Notes: generated by a model not told the origin, from the sequence alone. DNA of 64,000 bases from an uncultured Finegoldia sp. (GCF_947252345.1 NZ_CAMXVC010000001.1:39544-103543); one strand, 5' to 3'; shown: positions 36,965 through 48,846, numbered from the stretch's first letter. Made by a program: numbers and translations.

Positions 36965-37294
36965 CTATTTTATATTGTCATCTGAATAACCGATTGATAT
37001 GTTTTCATTGAGGACGTATTCTTTGGCTGCTTTGTAGTCTTTGTTTTTGTTGAATTCCAACAGCTTATTTTCGTGTTGTTTGGTTACGTCTTTGCCATTT
37101 TGAGTCAATACCAAATGTTTTTCGTCCTTGGCAAACTTTTCTAATGTAGCTTTAATTAAAGTATCGTCTTCTTTTTCAGGATTTTCCTTAACGTATCTTT
37201 CAATTATTCTATGAGTGTCAGCATCGTCAGCCTTTGTCATATTCGTTAGAAAATACGCATTGCACACAAGTGATATAGCAAAAAGTATTGCCAC
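36965..37294 (-). CDS. small secreted or anchored hypothetical protein. The annotated GTG start may be wrong: a 1-nt shift in an A4 run would allow an upstream ATG (37320) with a good RBS.
   Basis: In-frame N-terminus ...KKLTIVAILFAISLVCNA resembles a signal peptide. ATG at 37320 is out of frame by 1 nt. Confidence 0.35.
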   Translation of the reverse strand: MAILFAISLVCNAYFLTNMTKADDADTHRIIERYVKENPEKEDDTLIKATLEKFAKDEKHLVLTQNGKDVTKQHENKLLEFNKNKDYKAAKEYVLNENISIGYSDDNIK

Positions 37295-37380
37295 AATTGT
37301 AAGTTTTTTATCATTTTCATGATACTCCGCCTTTTGTGTAAAGCTTTTTATTAAACTTAAACAACTATTCCAAAATATTT

Positions 37381-37803
37381 TTACAATTTGTTGTATTCCT
37401 TTGTTAGACTGTCTCTCAACATTTCGATATTTTCCAAGTACTCATTCGTCGAGTCGTACACTTGGTTGATTTCTTTTCTGATTCTCCAATCGGTAAATGG
37501 GTTGTCGAACACAATGTCTAGCATGAACTCCTTCATCGAATACAAATCTCCGAAGTCTTCCAGCTCCACGTGAATGTCCGACAATTCTTTTTGTAGTTTT
37601 TGTGAGAGTTGTTTGATTAGTTGGAGTTTGCTTTGTGCTTTTTCCATTTTGCTTCTCTTGAAAAACCCAATCATACCATCTCCGAACAAAAGGTCTGCCA
37701 ACGCCCAGTTTTTTGCTGATTTCAAATCTTTTAGTACATCTTCTAGTTTTATCACCAAATCATCGCATACATCAATGGCTTCTTTTATTTCTTGTTTTTC
37801 CAT
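37381..37803 (-). CDS. hypothetical cytoplasmic alpha-helical protein
   Basis: ATG at 37803 just downstream of GGAGGAG. Coiled-coil-rich sequence. Confidence 0.35.
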   Translation of the reverse strand: MEKQEIKEAIDVCDDLVIKLEDVLKDLKSAKNWALADLLFGDGMIGFFKRSKMEKAQSKLQLIKQLSQKLQKELSDIHVELEDFGDLYSMKEFMLDIVFDNPFTDWRIRKEINQVYDSTNEYLENIEMLRDSLTKEYNKL

Positions 37804-37921
37804 AGTCTCCTCCATTTTTGCTTTTATTAATTATACCACAAATATCGTCAATTTATTCACTATTTGACGTTTTGTAGCAATTGGAAAAAATCCACCAGAT
37901 TTTTCAACCTAGTGGACTGTT

Positions 37922-40103
<2,182 letters not shown>

Positions 40104-40227
40104 AATCTAACCTCTCTTATATGCTATTATACTATATTTTCCAGCCAAAAAAATCAACCTCACAAGCTTTTGCAAACAAAAACCCCAATGCAAATTTTAG
40201 CATCGGGGATAGACTATAAGTTCAAAT

Positions 40228-41106
40228 TCATTCTGCGATTTCCTCGCAATTTGAGTGTCGGATTTTCCAGTCGTTCTTGAAATCCTTCAAGAAGACAAAC
40301 ATCAATATCGTACACGCAAAAATCACAATCGAAAAAACAACCGCATATTTTGCAAGCAACTTTTCGTTGAAGGAAACGAGCAAACTCAGAGAATTGTTAA
40401 TCGTATGAAGAAGAATTGATGCGTAAATGGACTCCGTGTAGAAGTAGACCGCACAAATCACAATCCCTCCGATTAGTGCATACACTCCTTGGAACAAATT
40501 AAAGTGGAACACTCCGAACACAATCCCGTTCAGGACAATCGCCCATTTATAAGGAAGAAGTCGTTCGTTTTCTGTGAACAAAGTCCCACGCAACATCAAC
40601 TCCTCGGAAATCGGAGCGAAAATAGTAATAGCAAGAACCGACAACATCATATTGCCCTTCATCAATTCTTCAGATGCCTTGTTGTACACATCACGGCTTG
40701 CCACAATTTGTGGGAAAAATTTGCCCAAATACATCATCAAAAAAACAGTAATATTGATAAGACCAATAAGACCAATTCCCACCACGAAAAGCTTCACGAT
40801 TTCAGAAAAAGAAATCTTTCTTTTCTTTAAGTAATCCCTGTTGTATTTCGTTTGAAAAATCTTCGTTCTAAATTTAATGATTAAAAGGAAAATAATAATC
40901 CTCAAGATTTGTCCACAAAGAAGAAAAGCCGCCCCATTTTTCACATAAAAATCTTGGAAATTACCATCAAATCCTATAAACTTGGCAACAACTCCTCCAA
41001 TCACTCCAACAACAAGCTCTGGAATCACGAACAAAAGTAAAAGGATAACTCCTTGTAAAATCGCAATCAAAAGATTGGAAAATTTTAGTTTTCTCGTACT
41101 CTCCAT
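40228..41106 (-). CDS. CPBP-family intramembrane glutamic endopeptidase (CAAX protease-like)
   Basis: Motifs SEELMLRG, FGVFHF and HTINN. Confidence 0.7.
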   Translation of the reverse strand: MESTRKLKFSNLLIAILQGVILLLLFVIPELVVGVIGGVVAKFIGFDGNFQDFYVKNGAAFLLCGQILRIIIFLLIIKFRTKIFQTKYNRDYLKKRKISFSEIVKLFVVGIGLIGLINITVFLMMYLGKFFPQIVASRDVYNKASEELMKGNMMLSVLAITIFAPISEELMLRGTLFTENERLLPYKWAIVLNGIVFGVFHFNLFQGVYALIGGIVICAVYFYTESIYASILLHTINNSLSLLVSFNEKLLAKYAVVFSIVIFACTILMFVFLKDFKNDWKIRHSNCEEIAE

Positions 41107-41179
41107 AAAAACCTCCAGTTAATTATATATACCCAAATTTTTCTTTCAATAAAAAAATCAAGCACTAGGCTTGATTGTT

Positions 41180-41833
41180 TTAAGCTTTTGATATGGCTTG
41201 ATTTGCCATTTTTATTTCTGGATTTGGTAGTTTCACTTCGAATTGTCCTATCAAGAACGATGATATTACAGTTGTCAAAAGTGAGAACATAATTCTGTCG
41301 ATTGGAATGTACATAAGTGACAATGCCAACACTGTGACGTCCGAGAACAAATACGCCAATGATATTTTGAGTCCCGATTTTGTGGATATCGTCATCGCCA
41401 AGGCGTCGTCGCCTCCTGCTGCTCCACCTTCGCTCACTACAAGTCCGCATCCTATTCCGATGCAGATTCCTCCGACAATACTTGCTAACAATGGCACATC
41501 GTACATACTTGGCAACACCGGTCCGATGATGTTGAAGATTTTCGCAAATACTGCAAATGACATTGTGGCTACGAAGGCTTTCTTCACAAAATCAAATCCC
41601 ATTATCGAAAATCCAAGAACGTAGCAGCTCACATCCAATACTACGGATGTTATTGATTGGTCAAATCCGAAGACTTTGTTCAAAAACAACATCATTCCGA
41701 GCACTCCGCCCTCTGTTACTCCTGATTGTTTATGTACGTTCACTACTGCGAACGCCATGATAGCACATCCTAGAATTATTTTTATTAATCCTTTTTTAGT
41801 TAATCCGAAAAATTTTAGCATTCTACTAAGCAT
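41180..41833 (-). CDS. YitT/YczE-like membrane protein (DUF161-type)
   Basis: Multi-TM with Gly-rich segments. Preceded by a leader of about 380 nt. Confidence 0.4.
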   Translation of the reverse strand: MLSRMLKFFGLTKKGLIKIILGCAIMAFAVVNVHKQSGVTEGGVLGMMLFLNKVFGFDQSITSVVLDVSCYVLGFSIMGFDFVKKAFVATMSFAVFAKIFNIIGPVLPSMYDVPLLASIVGGICIGIGCGLVVSEGGAAGGDDALAMTISTKSGLKISLAYLFSDVTVLALSLMYIPIDRIMFSLLTTVISSFLIGQFEVKLPNPEIKMANQAISKA

Positions 41834-42218
41834 TTTATCTTCTCCCGTTTAGAAATTTAGGAAGTTAAAATTGACCACGAAAAAAAGACTGCGGTTCAAG
41901 TTTAACTTGCCTTTGCAATCTCTGGTTTTGATGCTTTTTTGTTTGCTGATTTTTTCTTGTAAAAACTCTGAACCTTATTGTTCTTTTTAGCCTATAAGAG
42001 CATCACATCAGATGCTTTCCAGGCTCTTTATCGAGCAATAGTCATCAGATAAAAACTACCAAAATATTTATTTGGTACCCATAGATAATTATTTACAAAG
42101 AGATTATATACTATTTTTAGCCAGTTGTCAACTTTTTTTGTAAATTAGAGGAGATTTTGCTGGTTTTTTGTTTACATTATCGCTTTAATATTAATAATCT
42201 AAAGCGATTTTTTCAAAT

Positions 42219-42251
42219 AAAAAACCCCAAAAGTCATAAAACTTTTGGGGC
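42219..42251 (-). terminator. rho-independent terminator of rubrerythrin
   Basis: Minus-strand GCCCCAAAAGT-TTTATG-ACTTTTGGGG plus TTTTTT. Confidence 0.7.
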
Positions 42252-42265
42252 TTGATTGTATAATT

Positions 42266-42850
42266 TTAATAAGTTTCTCTGAAGATTTCGAAGAATGATT
42301 GTGGATGAGCACATGCTGGGCATTTTTTAGGTGCTGTTTTGCCTTCGTGGATGTAGCCGCAGTTGTTGCATTTCCATAGGTAAACTTCGTCTCTTTCGAA
42401 TACTTTGTTTTCTTCGATGTTTGCCAATAATTTTCTGTATCTTCTTTCGTGAGCTTCTTCTACTTCTCCGATTTCAGTGAATACACGTGCGATTTCTTTG
42501 AATCCTTCTTCTTCAGCTATTTTGGCAAATTCCGGATACATACTTGAACATTCAAAGTGTTCTCCTTCTGCTGCTGATTTGAGGTTACTCTTAGTGTCTC
42601 CTAAGTGAACTGGAAATCCTGCTTCGATTTGTATTTCAGCATCTTGTAGGTCTTCGCTCAAAAAGTTCATAAATCTTTTTGCGTGAGCCATTTCGTTTCT
42701 TGCAGTTTCTTCAAAAATCATAGATATTTGAACGTATCCTTCTTTTTTTGCAGTTTTTGCAAAGTAAGTGTAGCGCATATTTGCTTGGCTTTCCCCTGCA
42801 AATGAAGCCATCAAATTAGTCGCTGTTTTTGTTCCTTTTAAACTTGTCAT
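42266..42850 (-). CDS. rbr: rubrerythrin (ferritin-like diiron domain plus C-terminal rubredoxin-like CxxC...CxxC)
   Basis: N-terminus MTSLKGTKTATNLMASFAGESQANMRYTYFA. CNNCGY...CPAC tail. Start at 42850 with AGGGGGA RBS; the track begins at an upstream TTG. Confidence 0.85.
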   Translation of the reverse strand: MTSLKGTKTATNLMASFAGESQANMRYTYFAKTAKKEGYVQISMIFEETARNEMAHAKRFMNFLSEDLQDAEIQIEAGFPVHLGDTKSNLKSAAEGEHFECSSMYPEFAKIAEEEGFKEIARVFTEIGEVEEAHERRYRKLLANIEENKVFERDEVYLWKCNNCGYIHEGKTAPKKCPACAHPQSFFEIFRETY

Positions 42851-42937
42851 TTTATTTTCCCCCTTGTAAATTTCAAATGAATCCCCCAACTCATTTGTCT
42901 ACATTATACTATATCATACTTTTCAAAATTATTCACA

Positions 42938-43198
42938 TTATTTGTCAGATTTTTGATTTTTAAAGTCATCAACTATTCCCTTTGTTCCGATTTTTACGAT
43001 TCTATCCTCTCCCACTTCGATTATTTCTTCTTTTTTTATTGTGGGCTGGCCGTTTATATCTTCGTAGTGTATTTTTTTGATTGTGGGCTTTCCCGGATTT
43101 ATGATTTGAGTTTCGTTTTGTCGCAGGTTGTTGTCGTAGATTTTTCTAACTTTTGGTTCTTGTTCTGCGATTGCGAAGTCTTCTCCGTATTTTTTCAC
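42938..43198 (-). CDS. small G5-domain-like protein
   Basis: Pattern ...GKPTIKK...GQPT...IVKIGTKG resembles a G5 domain. No signal peptide. Confidence 0.35.
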   Translation of the reverse strand: MKKYGEDFAIAEQEPKVRKIYDNNLRQNETQIINPGKPTIKKIHYEDINGQPTIKKEEIIEVGEDRIVKIGTKGIVDDFKNQKSDK

Positions 43199-43529
43199 AC
43201 AAAATCACCTCTTTTTTATTTATACCCATTATTTTAATTTATTTGTCAGGCTTATAAATAGCGTGTTATTTATAAGATATTCCAATAAATAAACACAAAA
43301 ATCTATGATAGAATATATATATAATATCAATTGGAAAACAAAATGATTTTTACAATGATAGTTAATTAAATTTTTTACAATCAGAGGTATTTATGTTTTA
43401 TTACTATAATATCGTACAAATTAGCTAACTAACCATTTCATTTAAAATTCTCTATTCAAGAAGGTGGGCATTTGTGCCTGCCTTTTTGATTTTTCCCACT
43501 AAAAAACGCCCACTCTCGTGGACGTCTGT

Positions 43530-44147
43530 TTATAGGTTAATCATTCCGCTTTTTTCTACGTAGTTGACTATTATGTTGTAGAGCAACAATCTTACAAATC
43601 TCAATCCGATATACAATGACACGAATGATACTATTACGTAGTTGACTTTTTTTAGTAGTAGGAAGTTGTAGTTCATCGCCAAGAAAAACAACAGCATTAT
43701 GAATGCTTCGAGTATTACAATGTAGACTCCGAATGGATAAAACGCCATTGAGAATGCCGATTGCAACATCACCAAGAAAAGTACGCTGTATTTTTCGTCT
43801 ATTTTCCACTTGTCACTGAAGAAGAATATGTTGGCGACTCTGTAGATTATTTTGAATTTTATTATAGCCAAGACGAATATGAACAACGACCTTATTGCGA
43901 AATATATAGTTCCAACTTTTTCGTTTCCCGATATGTATCGGCTGATGTCAAAGCTGGAGTAGTAGTCCAAAAACACGCTTATTATGAAGGCTACGATTGT
44001 CATCGACAGCAATCCGTTTTTCATATTCTTGAATTTATTTATGGGAAGTTCCAGTGTTTCTCCCATAAATTCTATGATTTCAAAAAAATCATCGCGATAT
44101 TTGGAACGTTTGCTCTTCATATCGTCGTATTTATTAAATTTTGTCAT
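43530..44147 (-). CDS. hypothetical membrane protein
   Basis: Start at 44147 with AGGGAGGG RBS. 4-5 TM helices. Confidence 0.4.
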   Translation of the reverse strand: MTKFNKYDDMKSKRSKYRDDFFEIIEFMGETLELPINKFKNMKNGLLSMTIVAFIISVFLDYYSSFDISRYISGNEKVGTIYFAIRSLFIFVLAIIKFKIIYRVANIFFFSDKWKIDEKYSVLFLVMLQSAFSMAFYPFGVYIVILEAFIMLLFFLAMNYNFLLLKKVNYVIVSFVSLYIGLRFVRLLLYNIIVNYVEKSGMINL

Positions 44148-44220
44148 ATAAGCAAACCCTCCCTTTTTACTTATCAAATATATTATACAACAAGTACACA
44201 TAGTTGTTCAAATGTATTGT

Positions 44221-45159
44221 CTAGTTGAAATAGCTGCAAACAAATTCGTATTTGTTGGTTTTAAATTTGCTGTCATCTTCTGTGAATTTGATTGTCGCAG
44301 GCTCGATTGACAGATATTCGCCTTTTACTGTGTAGTTTACAGCCGTCTGTGTTTTAAGTAGCAAAAGTCCATCCACCTCTATTTTTAAGTTGTCACCGGT
44401 GGTTTTTGCGTAGAAAATATTGTTTTTGTCGACAAAAATCCCCGACACTTTGATGTCGTTGTAGATGTAGATTTTGTTTGAATCGACGATTATGTTGTCT
44501 GCCTTTTCGGAAAAGACAACCAGGCTTTTGAGAAATTCATCGTCAATTTTCCCTTGCTCGGACGTTTCGCCCTGAGTGGGTTGTTCGTCTTGTTTTTTGT
44601 CGGATGATTTCTCCTCAATTTCTCTTAGTTTTTCATCTACTTTCTTTTTGTCGCAGACAAACGTCGAGTTGTCTACGCTGTACAAAAAGCACTCCTCGAA
44701 GTCAATTTTCTTGTAATTGCCTTTAAATTCGTCATAAACTTCATCTATTTTTTTGTCGGATACGACCCTGTCTTTGAAAAAATCCGCCCTCTTGTATTTC
44801 ATCGTCGTGTTCACATACGAGCCTTTGTTGTTTGGAAAATACGTCAAGAAGCTGAATTTTTTGATTTTACCGTCATCTTCGTTGTAGATGTCGCCTTGGA
44901 AGATGTAGTTGAGCTCGTCGATTTTCAGACTGTAATATCCGCTGTAATTTTGTTTTAATTTGTCATCTAAAAGCTTTCTTGCGTTTATGATTTGAACGGC
45001 AGAGTACGCCCTCGCTTTGGCGTTCAAATAATTGTACTTGTATGCGTTCGTCTTTCTTATGTTTGTCACTTGAATCAAAACGAACGATATCACGACAACA
45101 ACGACGAAAATCATAAGCATTGCGTACACGCTTATGAATGCTCTGGATTTTTTGTTCAT
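44221..45159 (-). CDS. ComGG-like degenerate pseudopilin; last gene of the pilin operon
   Basis: N-terminal TM (KSRAFISVYAMLMIF) without a canonical cleavage motif. Overlaps the upstream gene by 4 nt. Confidence 0.4.
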   Translation of the reverse strand: MNKKSRAFISVYAMLMIFVVVVVISFVLIQVTNIRKTNAYKYNYLNAKARAYSAVQIINARKLLDDKLKQNYSGYYSLKIDELNYIFQGDIYNEDDGKIKKFSFLTYFPNNKGSYVNTTMKYKRADFFKDRVVSDKKIDEVYDEFKGNYKKIDFEECFLYSVDNSTFVCDKKKVDEKLREIEEKSSDKKQDEQPTQGETSEQGKIDDEFLKSLVVFSEKADNIIVDSNKIYIYNDIKVSGIFVDKNNIFYAKTTGDNLKIEVDGLLLLKTQTAVNYTVKGEYLSIEPATIKFTEDDSKFKTNKYEFVCSYFN

Positions 45160-45701
45160 TTTAATTTTTCTCCGATGTAGACTACAAATTTCTCATTGTC
45201 TTCTGTGATGTAAATATTCTTGTCATCATGTGTTGCGCTGAAATTGGCGACGTTTTGTCTCAATAAGTTCTTCGAGATTCGAGATGGCGATTCGCTGTTT
45301 TTTATTTTGTCGAAACTTCTTTTATCGGTGAATGTGTATCTGTAAATATCGCCGTCTTTTAGTGCGTAGTACACGTAGGTGTAGGCTTGTTGCTTGTAAA
45401 TCTTGTCGTCTTTTACGAGCACAAATCCGAGCGATTTGTCACTATCTCGCCATTTAAAATCATCGAAGTAGACACAAGAAGACTGTTCTATTTCTCTTTT
45501 TATGTAGTAGGCTGTGTGACTTGTATCATCGAGCCTGTCCTTGGATTCAAAGCTTTGGCTCATTATTTTGAAATTCGCCCTGAACGACAGGAAAATCACC
45601 GCCAAAATGATGGAGAAGATGAACAAACTCACCATAACCTCCAACAACGTAAACGCCTTATTTTTGTTTGTAAAACGACACATTTCTCGTAACATCTCCA
45701 T
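45156..45701 (-). CDS. type IV pilin-like / competence pseudopilin with a prepilin-type N-terminus
   Basis: NKAFTLLEVMVSLFIF class III signal. The true start may be an internal Met at 45683. Confidence 0.55.
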   Translation of the reverse strand: MEMLREMCRFTNKNKAFTLLEVMVSLFIFSIILAVIFLSFRANFKIMSQSFESKDRLDDTSHTAYYIKREIEQSSCVYFDDFKWRDSDKSLGFVLVKDDKIYKQQAYTYVYYALKDGDIYRYTFTDKRSFDKIKNSESPSRISKNLLRQNVANFSATHDDKNIYITEDNEKFVVYIGEKLK

Positions 45702-45981
45702 TTGTCACCGATACATCTACCTCGATTAGACCGTTATGATTGGTCTTTTTGACATTGACCGTGGAATTTTCGCTCAAAATAGATTTGTCCACATCGTCAC
45801 TCGATTTCAAGCTCTCGATGGCGTTGTCCAAATCGTGCAGAACGATTCTTTCGGTGTTTGCCTTTTTCTGCAAAACAAGCGCATTCTTCAACTGTGGATA
45901 GTAGACTACGACGCACAGGCTCACCAATAAAAGCGCGAACAAAACCTCGAGCAGAGTGAATCCTTTACTTTTTTTCTTCAT
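45658..45981 (-). CDS. major pseudopilin-like protein (ComGC/PulG-type)
   Basis: Canonical MKKKSKGFTLLEVLFALLLVSL. 107 aa. Confidence 0.6.
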   Translation of the reverse strand: MKKKSKGFTLLEVLFALLLVSLCVVVYYPQLKNALVLQKKANTERIVLHDLDNAIESLKSSDDVDKSILSENSTVNVKKTNHNGLIEVDVSVTNGDVTRNVSFYKQK

Positions 45982-46420
45982 ATTTTCTCACACTTCCTGT
46001 TGCAATATTGTAAGTGATGTGTATTTTAGATTTGTGGTTTTCGTAGGTGATTTTTGGAAATCCGGACGGTGCCGAAGAATCCGCAATAAAAACACGAGTT
46101 TTCGAATACTTGCCGTCTGTGTAGTACAATTTTCCGTACTTGATACTCCTCTTTGTGAAAACCTCAGAATTGTTCTTGTCAGAAATCTCGTAGGTGCCAT
46201 CATTTAACTTAAATTCCAGACTTTTTCCGGAGTTCATCGCAACGCTCCTCGCCGTTTTCAAATCGCTTAGAAGAGTGTTGATTTCGTTTCTGCAATTAAT
46301 ATCTGATTTGAAGTCGTATTTTATCACACAAACCATAATCACGACCGAAATAATGAACAGCCCTGCCAACACTTCCAGCAAAGTAAACGCATTTCTCTTT
46401 GTCCTACAAATTAAAAACAT
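45965..46420 (-). CDS. type IV pilin-like / pseudopilin
   Basis: KRNAFTLLEVLAGLFIISV N-terminus. Confidence 0.55.
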   Translation of the reverse strand: MFLICRTKRNAFTLLEVLAGLFIISVVIMVCVIKYDFKSDINCRNEINTLLSDLKTARSVAMNSGKSLEFKLNDGTYEISDKNNSEVFTKRSIKYGKLYYTDGKYSKTRVFIADSSAPSGFPKITYENHKSKIHITYNIATGSVRKYEEKK

Positions 46421-46973
46421 TTCCCATCACCACATACAACAAAAAAGAAGACCAAATCACGGGAACAAATGCAATCTCCTCGTTCGCTTCTTTTCTTATA
46501 ATAAACATCAACGCCCTGATTCCACTTATAATTCCAAGATAAAAAATGAAATTTACTAAGTCTGTAAGATTTTTACTCATACCAAGCCCCAGAATAATAA
46601 GAGAATCGACGCTGCCCATAAATCTGTCCTTCGTCACGAAATTGAAAATCGCAGGAATTAATAAAATCAGAAAACTCGTAACATAAAATCTCGAAAATAT
46701 AGAAACTACAATACTACACAGAATGAAAAATATACAATTAATCCAGTACACCTCGTTAGCTTTGAAATCATCAACCATCATATCAATAGACCCAAGTAGC
46801 AGTGCAAAGTTGTAGTTTGATTTTGTATCCGTTATGCGGAAAATCGCACACAAAAAAACCGAAATCAACACAAACACGCCAATGTTTTTGATGGATAATC
46901 TTTTCAAATAGAAATCCATCAAGCACTTAGCTATCAACATAACAACTATTATGGTTTCCATACTTTCCTCCAT
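46404..46973 (-). CDS. putative A24-family prepilin peptidase (short form, no methyltransferase domain)
   Basis: Polytopic. FMGSVDSLIILGLG resembles the GGGDVKL region. IAFVPVIW resembles the PFGPFLA tail. First gene of the operon. Confidence 0.4.
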   Translation of the reverse strand: MEESMETIIVVMLIAKCLMDFYLKRLSIKNIGVFVLISVFLCAIFRITDTKSNYNFALLLGSIDMMVDDFKANEVYWINCIFFILCSIVVSIFSRFYVTSFLILLIPAIFNFVTKDRFMGSVDSLIILGLGMSKNLTDLVNFIFYLGIISGIRALMFIIRKEANEEIAFVPVIWSSFLLYVVMGNVFNL

Positions 46974-47035
46974 AACAATATTATAGTATAATTTTAGCTA
47001 AAAAACATTTTGTTTTGTTAATTTCGATAGATAAA

Positions 47036-47695
47036 TTAGTCAATTATTTTGAGTAAATAATCCCTGTTTAAGACGTGAATTTCCATCGCTTCAATGTAAA
47101 TTGCCTTGTCATCGGCAAACTTCTTCAATTCCTGGTTCAAGCTCGGCCTGTTTACACGAAGGATATCTGCTAGCATAGTCTGAGATGTCGGAAGCTTCAA
47201 ATAATCCACCTCGTCTAAGTGAAGAATCCAATACGCAAGTCTCTGCGACACCTTCGAATACTGTGTCGCTCTTATGACGAGTTTGTTGAAACAAGTGTAT
47301 TCCGCTACAAATTTCAAGATGTTTTTCGTGAGTACAATGTCCGTGTCCATAATCTTCTCGAACTCTTTGAAAGGCAAGAAATACACCTTCGTCTTCTTGG
47401 TTGCGTAAACATCGTAGGGAAACTCACGAGTATGCCCAAAATACAAATAAAAGGGAAAAGCGTCCCCCGTAAGATAATATGAGGACACTATTTCCTTTCC
47501 GTTTATTGTGTATTCGCAGGCTTTCAAACAACCTTTTTCGATAAACATTGCATAATTTAACTCTTCCTCTTTGCTAAGAACCATTTCGCCTGATTCATAG
47601 TTTTTAGAAAAAAAATCTAATTTAAGTAATTCATTCTTTGTTCTCTCAGATATATTATCAAATAGTTTAAAATCTAATATTCTAGCCATTTCCAC
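47036..47695 (-). CDS. Crp/Fnr-family transcriptional regulator
   Basis: cNMP-binding-like N-domain. C-terminal HTH (SQTMLADILRVNRPSLNQELKKF). Confidence 0.7.
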   Translation of the reverse strand: MEMARILDFKLFDNISERTKNELLKLDFFSKNYESGEMVLSKEEELNYAMFIEKGCLKACEYTINGKEIVSSYYLTGDAFPFYLYFGHTREFPYDVYATKKTKVYFLPFKEFEKIMDTDIVLTKNILKFVAEYTCFNKLVIRATQYSKVSQRLAYWILHLDEVDYLKLPTSQTMLADILRVNRPSLNQELKKFADDKAIYIEAMEIHVLNRDYLLKIID

Positions 47696-47715
47696 ACTTC
47701 CTAGGTAATATGTTT

Positions 47716-48798
47716 TTATTTTTTCATTATAGCTCTTATCACCATAATAAACAATAAAATTATGCCCAAATAACCATTTAGTACATATACATATTTTACC
47801 AAAATATCGAACTTAAGTAAAAGGCCAATTACCATTCCCAAAACTCCGATAATAAGTGTTGCCATTCTGAATTTCTTAGTATTTTCTTCAAAGAATCTTG
47901 CAATTACAGTCCATAGTAGTGGTACTGCTGTAGTGTAAATTCCCAAAATTATAAAAATCGAGAAAATGTTTGCAAACAACGGATTAATATCACTTGCTAG
48001 TATTAATGAAGGTATTTGTGAACTATGAACTTCATTTATAGATAATAATATAGCAAATGCCATTATAATAGTTGCTAGCGAAAAACCTGCTGCGCCTAGA
48101 ATTTGTCCGTACTTAGTTTCTTTTAAATTCGATGAATTTTTCCCAACTGTTGCACAAAATGCAGCTAACCACAACATACAAAAACCTACATATGACAATG
48201 CTGAAGCCACAAATCCAAAATTTGATGCTTGATTAATCTGTTTTTTCTCCACAAAAATTTTCAACGCTTCTAGTGAAGAACCTAAGCTTGAAATATTTTT
48301 AGCTATTGAAATTAATCCTACTAATATAGCCAATATAACTATCACAGGTCCTATTTTCCCAATAACATCTACAATTCTGTTTAGCCCACACATAACCGTT
48401 ATTATTGCCAATGCACCTAGTACAATTCCACCTACAAATGGTGGAGCGTTGTAATGTTGAACTGCTGTTGCCTGAGCTCCAGATATCATTACTGTAAATG
48501 ATAAGAATATGAAAAATATTGAGAAATAATCGTAGAATGTTCCCAAACCTTTTCCACAAATATGTTTGTATATGTCGTTAGGATTGTCGAATTTTTCTTC
48601 AAAGCCGTATTTTACAAATTGTACTCCTACAAAAGCTAAAGCTAAAAAGCAAATACACACTCCAATTAATCCAACAAGCCCATAGGATGAGAAGAATTGC
48701 ATTAACTCTTGACCTGTTGCGAATCCAGAACCTATTAGCAAAGCTATGAAGGCTCCTGCATAATTGACTACTTTTGAGATTTTTATTTTTTCATTCAT
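47716..48798 (-). CDS. YkvI-family membrane transporter (amino-acid-transporter-like)
   Basis: N-terminal GFATGQELMQFF motif typical of YkvI. About 11 TM helices. Directly downstream of the grd genes. Confidence 0.55.
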   Translation of the reverse strand: MNEKIKISKVVNYAGAFIALLIGSGFATGQELMQFFSSYGLVGLIGVCICFLALAFVGVQFVKYGFEEKFDNPNDIYKHICGKGLGTFYDYFSIFFIFLSFTVMISGAQATAVQHYNAPPFVGGIVLGALAIITVMCGLNRIVDVIGKIGPVIVILAILVGLISIAKNISSLGSSLEALKIFVEKKQINQASNFGFVASALSYVGFCMLWLAAFCATVGKNSSNLKETKYGQILGAAGFSLATIIMAFAILLSINEVHSSQIPSLILASDINPLFANIFSIFIILGIYTTAVPLLWTVIARFFEENTKKFRMATLIIGVLGMVIGLLLKFDILVKYVYVLNGYLGIILLFIMVIRAIMKK

Positions 48799-48846
48799 AG
48801 CAATTCCTTTCTTTTTAAAATCTTAATAAAAGCTAAAAAGCTTTTA

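Noticed and set aside
41834-42215. Attempted assignment of the long leader to known riboswitch classes (TPP, SAM, FMN, purine, fluoride, T-box)
   Set aside because: None of the diagnostic cores could be found by eye. It is kept only as an unclassified candidate regulatory leader.
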